54,374 bases of DNA from Bacteroidales bacterium. Lineage in GTDB: Bacteria; Bacteroidota; Bacteroidia; Bacteroidales; CG2-30-32-10. The stretch is from NCBI GenBank assembly GCA_038214085.1, contig JBBQSF010000001.1:1-54374 (forward strand). The letters run 5' to 3'. The notes under the pieces were generated by a model. It worked only from the letters and a program-made list of their open reading frames with translations, was not told the origin of the DNA and searched no databases. A program made the translations under genes and the position numbers. This document shows, one piece after another, positions 47,094 through 54,374 of the stretch (position 1 is the stretch's first letter; every line of letters starts with the position of its first letter).

Positions 47094-47148
47094 ATAAACC
47101 CAAATAAACCATTAGTTCGCAGACTCCTAATGATTAATTTGGGTTTAT
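47094..47148 (-). other. Long hairpin abutting the dNK stop codon
   Basis: The 12-bp perfect arms ATAAACCCAAAT (47094..47105) and ATTTGGGTTTAT (47137..47148) are joined by an inner CATTAG/CTAATG stem. No clear U-tract follows. Confidence 0.5.
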
Positions 47149-47783
47149 TATAATCTAATGGTGGTAAGGCCTATCTTGTGTTCCTGATTTATTATCAAAT
47201 CGGTAATCTGATTGTAATCTGAGGGGTTGTTCACAAAATCAATAGCATTTGTATCTATAATTAATATCCGCATCTGTTGTTGCTGTCGAATAAAATCAAG
47301 GTAACCCGACTGAATTTTTTCGAGATATTCAGATTCGATATTCTGTTCGTAACTTCGGCCACGCTTTTCTATATTCCGTTTAAGGTTATCAATGTCGAGA
47401 TAGAGATAAACCAGCAGGTCTGGTTTTGGCAAAGTGGTGTTAATGATTTGAAACAGCTTTACAAAAAGTGAAAATTCATCTTCCTGTAGGGTTTTACGTG
47501 CAAAGATCAGTGTTTTATTTATAAAATAATCAGTAATGGTAAAGGTTTTAAAGAGATCCTGCTTGGCAAGTTTTTCTTTAAGCTGTTGATATCGCTCGGC
47601 TAAAAACGACAATTCAAGAGGAAAAGCGTATTGCTCAGGTTTTTCATAAAATTTGGGAAGAAAAGGATTTTCCGCAAATTGTTCCAAAATAAGTTTTGCA
47701 TTGTATTGTTCGGATATCCTTGTGGCAAGCGAAGTTTTACCTGCACCGATATTTCCTTCAATTGCAATGTAATTGTATATCAT
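47148..47783 (-). CDS. Deoxynucleoside kinase (dCK/dGK family)
   Basis: P-loop IEGNIGAGKTS, ERS-like block FLAERY, 211 aa. It overlaps folK by 4 nt. Confidence 0.85.
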   Translation of the reverse strand: MIYNYIAIEGNIGAGKTSLATRISEQYNAKLILEQFAENPFLPKFYEKPEQYAFPLELSFLAERYQQLKEKLAKQDLFKTFTITDYFINKTLIFARKTLQEDEFSLFVKLFQIINTTLPKPDLLVYLYLDIDNLKRNIEKRGRSYEQNIESEYLEKIQSGYLDFIRQQQQMRILIIDTNAIDFVNNPSDYNQITDLIINQEHKIGLTTIRL

Positions 47784-48283
47784 ATTGAGGCAAATTTACT
47801 GTTAAAAATTACATTGCAAACATCATTGCATTCTATAAGTAATTCCGTAATGGTTTTTTTATTTATGGGATGAATTAGTTCTGCTGCTATTTCGTTCAAT
47901 GGTACCAAAACAAATTTTCGTTCGTGCAAGAAACGGTGTGGAATCTGGAGTTTGTCAGTATTAATGATTTGATCGCCAAAAAGAAGAATGTCAACATCAA
48001 TGATCCTGGATTGATAGCGGTCATCAATATTGTTTCTAAACCTTCCAAGTTGTTTTTCAACAGATAATAATTCAGATAATAATTCCTCAGCGTTCATTTC
48101 GGTTTTGAAAGATAAAGCCATATTGAGAAATTCTTCTGTTGAATTAAATCCCCAGGGAGATGTTTGGTAAACAGAAGAATAATGAAAATCTTTTCCCAAA
48201 AACTGAAGCATTAACACTGCATTCCGAAGATTTTTAATTCGGTTGCCAAGGTTACTGCCCAAGGATAAGTAAACTGTATTCAT
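47780..48283 (-). CDS. folK: 2-amino-4-hydroxy-6-hydroxymethyldihydropteridine diphosphokinase
   Basis: VYLSLGSNLGNR..., SSVYQTSPWG, R.IDVDILLF, IPH...ERKFVL.PL. Confidence 0.88.
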   Translation of the reverse strand: MNTVYLSLGSNLGNRIKNLRNAVLMLQFLGKDFHYSSVYQTSPWGFNSTEEFLNMALSFKTEMNAEELLSELLSVEKQLGRFRNNIDDRYQSRIIDVDILLFGDQIINTDKLQIPHRFLHERKFVLVPLNEIAAELIHPINKKTITELLIECNDVCNVIFNSKFASI

Positions 48284-48288
48284 AGCTT

Positions 48289-48296
48289 CAAAATTA
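48289..48296 (-). promoter_or_regulatory. -7 promoter box TAATTTTG for folK-dNK (leaderless mRNA predicted)
   Basis: Perfect match on the minus strand, only 5 nt upstream of ATG 48283. Confidence 0.45.
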
Positions 48297-48402
48297 CAAT
48301 AAGGGCTGAGAAAGAAAAGTTTATTTTTTATTTTTTTATCAACTGTAACTTTTTGAATAGTCTGTTCGTCTGAAGTTCGATTTTATGTTAGAAATTTGTC
48401 TG

Positions 48403-48440
48403 AAATATGGGGGAGTTGAATTTTTACTTCCTCATATTTT
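48403..48440 (+). other. 14-bp hairpin with two G-U pairs (plus-strand specific) 81 nt upstream of sppA
   Basis: AAATATGGGGGAGT (48403..48416) pairs with ACTTCCTCATATTT (48426..48439) across a 9-nt loop. G48410-T48432 and G48413-T48429 would be C-A mismatches on the other strand. The 3' side is U-rich. Confidence 0.45.
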
Positions 48441-48520
48441 ATTAAAAAAAGTCGATTGAAGGTATAAGGATTTTTTTCGTATTATTGCAGTGATAAATAC
48501 AATTTTTTAAAAATATACAT

Positions 48521-50293
48521 ATGAAACAATTTTTCAAGTTTATGCTGGCTTCAATGACCGGCGTAATTTTAGTTAATCTGATTTTCTTTTTTATTGTGAT
48601 GGGACTGATCATGTCGGCCGCATCTTTTTCAAAAAAAGAAATAGTGATTGTACCGGAAAACTCCGTCTTATATCTTACGCTGAGTAAGGATATCCCTGAC
48701 CGGTCGTCAAATAATCCATTTGCGAATTTCAAATTTTCAAACATGGAGTCAGGAAAAGCAATCGGGCTGGATGACATTCTTATAAACATTACAAAGGCAA
48801 AAAACGATTCAAAAATTAAAGGTATTTACCTTGATTTATCTTCAATGCCATGCGGTGTAGCTACTTTGGAAGAGGTACGTAATGCACTGATTGATTTTAA
48901 AAAATCAGGAAAATTTATTTATAGTTATAGTGAAACATATACCCAAAAAGCCTATTATCTGGCATCAGTTGCTGATAAAATTTGCCTGAATCCTATGGGA
49001 ACAGTTGATTTTAGAGGATTGAGTGCTGAAATCATGTTTTATAAGGGATTATTAAGTAAAGTAGACGTTGAAATGCAGGTAATACGCCATGGGAAATTTA
49101 AAAGCGCTATTGAACCTTACCTTCTGGATAAAATGAGTGAGGCAAATAGAGAACAAACCATGAAATATCTGTCGTCGATATGGAATCATCTGCTTGAAGG
49201 TATTGCTGTTTCTCGCAAACTCACTGTTGAAGAACTAAATACCATTGCAGACAGCATGAAGATTAGAACAGCAGAGGACGCTCTTAATTTGAAGATGATC
49301 GATAAAATGGTTTATAAAGATGAAATGCTGAACGAACTGAAAACCAAACTTGGCATTGGCGAAAAGGACAAACTTAATTTTATGACACTGGCAAGGTATA
49401 TAGATGCACCAGATAAAAATAAAACCATAATAAAAAGCAAAGATAAAATAGCTATTGTTTATGCCACAGGAGAAATTGGTAGCGGCGAAGGAGATGATGC
49501 AAGTATAGGTTCTGAGACAACTTCCAAAGCACTACGTATAGCAAGACTTGACAGCAATGTTAAAGCAATAGTGTTTCGTGTTAATTCTCCCGGTGGCAGT
49601 GCATTGGCTTCAGAAGTAATCTGGCGCGAAGTAATGCTGGCAAAAAAAGTGAAACCAGTTGTAGTTTCAATGGGTAACCTTGCTGCATCAGGTGGATATT
49701 GGATTTCTTGCCCGGCAACAAAAATACTTGCCAGCCCTACTACAATTACCGGTTCTATTGGTGTGTTTGGAGTTGTGCCTAACCTTAAAGGTTTGCTAAC
49801 CAACAAACTTGGTATTACAGTTGATAATGTTAAAACAAATACTTATGCCGATTTTGGAACTACTTACAGAGCTTTAACCAATGGCGAACGTGATATTTAT
49901 CAAGAAGATGTTGAACTGATATATGCGGAATTTTTGAAACATGTATCTGCCGGACGAAGTATGACAACTGATATGGTTGACACCATTGGGCAGGGAAGAG
50001 TATGGAGTGGCGCGGATGCTAAAAAAATAGGTCTGATAGACGATTTCGGAGGGTTAACAAAAGCAATTGAAACTGCAGCGCAGCTTGCGAAAATTACTGA
50101 ATATAGAATATTATCCTTGCCAATAGAAAAGGAACCTTTTGTTGAATTTATTGAAAAGCTTACAGGCAAAGACGAATCTACATTTATTCAAGATCAGCTT
50201 GGCGACGAATACGTTTATTATGAGTATTTAAAGGCTTCAACCCGGATGAAGGGTGTTCAGGCCAGATTGCCTTATTTTATTACTATTAGATAA
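48521..50293 (+). CDS. sppA: Signal peptide peptidase SppA, 67K (two-domain) type
   Basis: N-terminal TM segment and duplicated ClpP/crotonase-like S49 domains; the second carries the catalytic block GNLAASGGYWISC. Confidence 0.88.
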   Translation: MKQFFKFMLASMTGVILVNLIFFFIVMGLIMSAASFSKKEIVIVPENSVLYLTLSKDIPDRSSNNPFANFKFSNMESGKAIGLDDILINITKAKNDSKIKGIYLDLSSMPCGVATLEEVRNALIDFKKSGKFIYSYSETYTQKAYYLASVADKICLNPMGTVDFRGLSAEIMFYKGLLSKVDVEMQVIRHGKFKSAIEPYLLDKMSEANREQTMKYLSSIWNHLLEGIAVSRKLTVEELNTIADSMKIRTAEDALNLKMIDKMVYKDEMLNELKTKLGIGEKDKLNFMTLARYIDAPDKNKTIIKSKDKIAIVYATGEIGSGEGDDASIGSETTSKALRIARLDSNVKAIVFRVNSPGGSALASEVIWREVMLAKKVKPVVVSMGNLAASGGYWISCPATKILASPTTITGSIGVFGVVPNLKGLLTNKLGITVDNVKTNTYADFGTTYRALTNGERDIYQEDVELIYAEFLKHVSAGRSMTTDMVDTIGQGRVWSGADAKKIGLIDDFGGLTKAIETAAQLAKITEYRILSLPIEKEPFVEFIEKLTGKDESTFIQDQLGDEYVYYEYLKASTRMKGVQARLPYFITIR

Positions 50294-50311
50294 TTGATCA
50301 AAGCAGAAATT

Positions 50312-50348
50312 AAAAAAGGAAGCCATTGTTTTATGACTTCCTTTTTTT
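50312..50348 (+). terminator. Rho-independent terminator after sppA
   Basis: A-run-GGAAG ... CTTCC-T7, with extra CAT/ATG pairing in the loop. It starts 19 nt after the stop codon. Confidence 0.55.
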
Positions 50349-50669
50349 GTTTTCCGCACTTTTTCCCAACACACTCTTTATACCAAACCGCCAAAAAGAT
50401 GATTAAAATGAAATATTTTGTCTGGTTTGGTTATGCCGATGGACTAACAGTTCAAAACAATTACTTTTTAAATTGTTTTGATTATCATGTTAGCCATTCG
50501 GTATTAACCCTTGATAAAAAAGGAACAATTTTTAACTTTTGGTGTTGCTAATAATTAAAAAATGTTTGCCTGAAAATAAAAAAATGCTCAGTAAGTATTT
50601 TAATACATCTAATCAACAAGATTAACGGCAGGATTAACGTGAAAACCACCACTAACAACTAACGATTAT

Positions 50670-52292
50670 TTACTTATTCAATGTTTCAATTGCCTTAAGC
50701 ACTGTTTTATCTTTTTTATACAAAACAGGATAAAAGCCTTCATCAGAAAACAGATTGCGTCCGATATATGCAGAAAGTAGGGTTTTAATATTTTCTTCCG
50801 AAAGTTTTAATCCATCATCATCTGCCTTTACTCCGCTCTTTGCAGCATATTCAAGAAATGCAGAAAAATCACCAGCACTCAAAGCAAATTTCTGCACAAA
50901 ATCAGCAGCCGTTTTATAGCTAATTTTAAGTGTTTTTCTGTTTTTATCGGCAAAGTCGAAACCGTATTGATAAATCAAGCCTTTATTAAATAAGGCATTA
51001 TAGAATTTGTTGTTTTCATCTTTTCCCATTCCCACAAAAATATCAGGCATAATTCCACCGCCACCATATACAATTTTCCCTTTTGGAGTAGTGAACTTTA
51101 AAGAATCCGCAAATTTAATACTATCGGCCGATTCAAGTTCGCCGTCGGTAAATTGTTCGTAAAAATTTAGATAATAATCTTCGATACCTTTAGCGTATGA
51201 TTTTTGGATACACCTTCCAGTTGGCGTATAATAACGCGCTACGGTAAGCCTAATTGCTGAGCTGTCAGAAAGACTAATTTGCTCCTGAACCAAACCTTTT
51301 CCAAAAGAACGCCGACCAATAATATAGCCACGGTCGTTATCCTGAATTGCACCCGCAACAATTTCGCTGGCTGAAGCCGAAAACTCATTGATCAAAATTG
51401 TAAGACCTCCAGTTTCAAACATCCCTTGACCTGTAGCATACACCATTTTTTTGCTTCGATGTAATCCTTTAGTGTAAACAATAAGTTTTTTATCAGCCAG
51501 AAATTCATCAGCAATAGCAATTGCTGCATCCAAATATCCGCCGCCATTATCACGTAAATCAAGAACTAATTTTTTGAGTCCTTTTTGTTTTAATTTTGTT
51601 AAAGCAGTAACAAATTCGTCATGCGACGTGGCGGAAAACTTGGTGAGTTTTATGTACCCAATGTCCTTAGTGAGCATATAAGCAATATCGATGCTGTAAG
51701 TAGGAATAACGCCCCGTGTAATAGTATATGTTAGCAATTCTTTTACGCCTCTGCGGAAAATTGAAACAATGACCTTGGTTCTCTTTTTCCCTTTGAGTTT
51801 TTTCATCACCTCTTCGTTGGTGATTTTTATGCCTGCAACATTTTTACCATCAACTTTAACAATGCGGTCGCCGGAACGAAGACCAACACTATCCGAAGGT
51901 CCGCCGGAAATCACATTCATAACCGTAATGGTATCTCTCTGAATTTTGAATTCTACTCCAATTCCTTCAAAACTTCCCATTAGCGGGTCGTTTGCTGCAT
52001 TAAACTCTTCGGCAGTAATATAAACTGAATGTGGGTCAAGGTTTTCGAGAAGGCTGGTAATTGCCTGATCGGTAATCTTATCAAGGTTTACCGAATCAAC
52101 ATAAGTATTTTCGATGTAGTTAATAACATCATTTAATTTATTGTATTTGTTTTTTGCAAACGATAAAAAAGAATTATCGCCAGCACCCGACGAATTGATT
52201 GTAAGTAAAGAGCCAAGCAACATTCCGCCAATAAATATCAGGGCATATAGTATGGGTAAAAAAACCTTATTATTATTTTTTTGTTCTTCCAT
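50670..52292 (-). CDS. S41-family carboxyl-terminal processing peptidase (PDZ domain)
   Basis: PDZ block GGPSDSVGLRSGDRIVKVDG; catalytic blocks INEFSASASEIVAGAIQD and GKGLVQ. Confidence 0.88.
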   Translation of the reverse strand: MEEQKNNNKVFLPILYALIFIGGMLLGSLLTINSSGAGDNSFLSFAKNKYNKLNDVINYIENTYVDSVNLDKITDQAITSLLENLDPHSVYITAEEFNAANDPLMGSFEGIGVEFKIQRDTITVMNVISGGPSDSVGLRSGDRIVKVDGKNVAGIKITNEEVMKKLKGKKRTKVIVSIFRRGVKELLTYTITRGVIPTYSIDIAYMLTKDIGYIKLTKFSATSHDEFVTALTKLKQKGLKKLVLDLRDNGGGYLDAAIAIADEFLADKKLIVYTKGLHRSKKMVYATGQGMFETGGLTILINEFSASASEIVAGAIQDNDRGYIIGRRSFGKGLVQEQISLSDSSAIRLTVARYYTPTGRCIQKSYAKGIEDYYLNFYEQFTDGELESADSIKFADSLKFTTPKGKIVYGGGGIMPDIFVGMGKDENNKFYNALFNKGLIYQYGFDFADKNRKTLKISYKTAADFVQKFALSAGDFSAFLEYAAKSGVKADDDGLKLSEENIKTLLSAYIGRNLFSDEGFYPVLYKKDKTVLKAIETLNK

Positions 52293-52359
52293 TTTATTAT
52301 GATTCGCTAATTTTTTCTAGAAAAATTTTTAACAGAGGAGAATCCTCCTTTTTGATTTG

Positions 52360-52367
52360 CAAAGATA
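52360..52367 (-). promoter_or_regulatory. -7 promoter box TATCTTTG for the S41 peptidase
   Basis: Perfect match on the minus strand, 67 nt upstream of ATG 52292. Confidence 0.45.
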
Positions 52368-52482
52368 AAATATCTCCCGCGATTGTTAATGAATAAAAGC
52401 TTTCTTGTTTCAGAAAAATTCATTTAAAAAAAATTTGCATAAACCTATCTTAAATTATACCTTAGCAACTCATTCAATTAAT

Positions 52483-52830
52483 ATGAAACTTACCTTTTAC
52501 CACAACTCTCGTTGCCGCATCAGCAGGCAGGTATACGACTATTTAAAAACACAGGGGCACGAGCTCCAAATAATAGAATATCTTAAAACTCCGCTTACCG
52601 AAAAAGAAATTTCTATTCTTTTACAAAAATTAAATATCAAACCTATTGAGCTAATTCGTAAAAATGAAGCGCTTTTTAAAGAAAAGTTCAAGGGAAAAAA
52701 TTTCTCTGATTATGAATGGATTAAAATTATAGCAGAAAACCCATCACTTATTGAAAGACCTATTGTTGCGAGTGGGCATAAGGCACTTATTTGCCGCCCG
52801 CCCGAGCTTATTAACGACTTTATAAAGTAA
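52483..52830 (+). CDS. ArsC/Spx-family (glutaredoxin-type arsenate reductase / YfgD-like) protein
   Basis: LTFYHNSRCRISR, IERPIV, LICRPPE. Start at ATG 52483; the upstream 26 codons of the ORF are non-homologous. Confidence 0.8.
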   Translation: MKLTFYHNSRCRISRQVYDYLKTQGHELQIIEYLKTPLTEKEISILLQKLNIKPIELIRKNEALFKEKFKGKNFSDYEWIKIIAENPSLIERPIVASGHKALICRPPELINDFIK

Positions 52831-52848
52831 CAACCAAAAATAAAACCT

Positions 52849-54231
52849 ATGCAAACCCGAACCGAAAAAGACACCATGGGGACCATTGAGGTTCCTGCTG
52901 ACAAGTACTGGGGAGCCCAGACCCAGCGGTCTAAAGAAAATTTCAAAATTGGCGGACATCTGATGCCACAGGAAATAATTGAAGCTTTTGCCATTTTAAA
53001 AAAAGCCGCTGCACTTACCAATACAGAGCTTGGTGTGCTTGCTTCAGATAAATGTGAGCTAATTTCAAAAGTTTGCGATGAAATTTTAGCAGGAAGTTTA
53101 AATGAACATTTCCCTTTAGTTGTATGGCAAACAGGCTCTGGAACGCAAAGCAACATGAATGTTAACGAGGTAATTGCTAACAAGGCAGAAGTGATTAATG
53201 GTGGAAAATTAGGTGAAGGCAAAACGTTTATTCATCCCAATGATGATGTAAATAAGTCTCAATCGAGCAACGATACATTCCCTACAGCCATGAGCATTGC
53301 GGCTTATAAAATGATTGTTGAACTAACCATTCCTGGTATTGAACAGTTGCGGAATACGCTTGCGAAAAAATCGGCCGAATTCATGACTATTGTTAAAATA
53401 GGGCGCACTCATCTAATGGATGCTACTCCGCTCACACTTGGTCAGGAATTTTCCGCTTATGTTTCACAGCTCGATCATGGAATTGCAGCAATTAAAAACA
53501 CGCTCAAACACTTGTCGGAACTTGCACTCGGAGGCACGGCAGTAGGTACAGGCATTAACACACCAAAGGGTTATTCTGAACTTGTTGCAAAAAAAATATC
53601 AGAACTTACAGGATTGCCATTTGTTACTGCACCCAATAAGTTTGAATCGTTGGCGGCACACGATGCAATGGTAGAAACATCAGGAGCATTAAAAACAGTT
53701 GCGGTTAGCCTGATGAAAATTGCTAATGATGTCCGTCTTTTGGGCTCTGGTCCACGCTGTGGTATTGGCGAATTGATGCTTCCCGAAAACGAACCGGGTT
53801 CTTCTATTATGCCAGGGAAAGTAAACCCAACACAATGTGAAGCACTTTCAATGGTAGCGGCACAAGTAATTGGAAACGATGCAGCCATAAACATTGGTGG
53901 CATGAACGGACATTTTCAATTGAATGTTTTTAAACCAGTAATGATTTTTAACTTATTAATGGCAGCCCGTTTAATAGGCGATGCATGCCGTTCGTTCGAA
54001 GAAAATTGTGCTCGCGGAATTGAAGCCAGAGAAGCAAATATTGAAAATAACTTAGAGAATTCATTGATGTTGGTTACTGCATTGAATCCTCATATAGGTT
54101 ACGAAAATGCTGCAAAAATTGCAAAAAAAGCACATAAGGAAAATCTGACCTTACGTCAGGCAGCCATTGATCTTGGGCTGGTTACCGATGAGCAGTTTAC
54201 ACTGTGGGTTGATGCTAAAAAGATGATTTAA
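52849..54231 (+). CDS. fumC: Class II fumarate hydratase
   Basis: RTEKDTMG...[14 protein letters not shown], signature [16 protein letters not shown], 460 aa. Confidence 0.95.
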   Translation: MQTRTEKDTMGTIEVPADKYWGAQTQRSKENFKIGGHLMPQEIIEAFAILKKAAALTNTELGVLASDKCELISKVCDEILAGSLNEHFPLVVWQTGSGTQSNMNVNEVIANKAEVINGGKLGEGKTFIHPNDDVNKSQSSNDTFPTAMSIAAYKMIVELTIPGIEQLRNTLAKKSAEFMTIVKIGRTHLMDATPLTLGQEFSAYVSQLDHGIAAIKNTLKHLSELALGGTAVGTGINTPKGYSELVAKKISELTGLPFVTAPNKFESLAAHDAMVETSGALKTVAVSLMKIANDVRLLGSGPRCGIGELMLPENEPGSSIMPGKVNPTQCEALSMVAAQVIGNDAAINIGGMNGHFQLNVFKPVMIFNLLMAARLIGDACRSFEENCARGIEAREANIENNLENSLMLVTALNPHIGYENAAKIAKKAHKENLTLRQAAIDLGLVTDEQFTLWVDAKKMI

Positions 54232-54250
54232 CCATGTTTTTTAATAAGAA

Positions 54251-54285
54251 GGGGCGGCCGTAGGCCGCCCCATCTCAGTTTTTTT
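54251..54285 (+). terminator. Rho-independent terminator after fumC
   Basis: All-G/C 9-bp stem GGGGCGGCC-GTA-GGCCGCCCC, followed by CTCAGTTTTTTT. Confidence 0.7.
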
Positions 54286-54374
54286 AACTGAAGTTTTATA
54301 AAAAAATACAGAAGCGTTCTTTTAAAAAATATACATTTAAAATACTTTAAAAATATCCCCGGCCAACAGAATCA

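Noticed and set aside
50294-50551. Full-length 85-aa ORF from the track, starting with TTG immediately after the sppA stop codon.
   Set aside because: Its first third runs straight through the sppA terminator hairpin (50312..50348). Only the distal 50-codon part from ATG 50399 is kept, as a low-confidence finding.
50620-50662. Direct repeats GATTAACG-N4-GATTAACG (50620..50639), followed by ACTAAC-A-ACTAAC, just downstream of the S41 peptidase stop codon.
   Set aside because: The repeats are short, occur in a single instance, lie in a 3' region and have no partner motif elsewhere in the window. I cannot distinguish them from chance.
52335-52355. Short hairpin GAGGA-GAA-TCCTC followed by TTTTT, upstream of the S41 peptidase gene.
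   Set aside because: The stem is only 5 bp, and no plus-strand gene lies upstream for it to terminate. It is too weak to call.
52710-53222. 170-aa minus-strand ORF spanning the arsC-family/fumC junction.
   Set aside because: It overlaps two well-supported plus-strand genes, including the conserved fumC N-terminus, and has an antisense-type composition.
1-54374. Scan for CRISPR arrays, tRNA/rRNA genes, integrases, transposases, phage genes and defence-system hallmarks.
   Set aside because: No non-coding stretch exceeds about 500 bp. There are no regularly spaced repeats, no tRNA-like GTTCGAATC T-loop in intergenic DNA, and no recombinase, nuclease or ATPase genes of defence type. The window looks like core chromosome.

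Overview
This is an AT-rich, densely coding chromosomal segment with 43 CDS. I saw no rRNA, tRNA, CRISPR array, transposase, integrase or phage gene. It reads like a Bacteroidota genome. Perfect TAnnTTTG -7 promoter boxes sit just upstream of many start codons, leaders are very short or absent, secreted lipoproteins and outer-membrane beta-barrel candidates are common, and the efflux operon runs tolC-mfp-rnd.

Content from left to right:
- A nucleotide-sugar cassette (galE, wbpA, wbpB, wbpD, wbpE) divergent from an OM protein plus the Kdo transferase.
- An OmpR-type two-component system, followed by three secreted proteins of unknown function and an RND efflux operon.
- A radical-SAM / 25-aa-repeat protein / dihydropyrimidinase / lipoprotein operon.
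- ispB, a MORN-repeat protein and a second two-component system.
- Class II ribonucleotide reductase placed head-to-head with methylmalonyl-CoA mutase.
- An xdhC-xdhA-xdhB-ygeY-ygeW purine-catabolism operon.
- mutS, a SpoU methyltransferase, an OmpA-family pair, dNK-folK, sppA, an S41 peptidase, an ArsC-family gene and fumC.

Most of the window is core or housekeeping, and I found no clear defence island or mobile element. The best candidates for something new are:
- A shared promoter architecture at three promoters of the first two-component locus: 11-bp-phased CAGAwT direct repeats, a 7-nt spacer, then a degenerate -7 box.
- The hybrid xdhCAB-ygeY-ygeW operon, which is split from its hyuA-like partner.
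- The radical-SAM/repeat-protein/amidohydrolase operon.
- Several terminator-like hairpins lying in 5' regions (nrdJ, tolC, sppA).

All homology calls come from reading motifs by eye. No database search was run.
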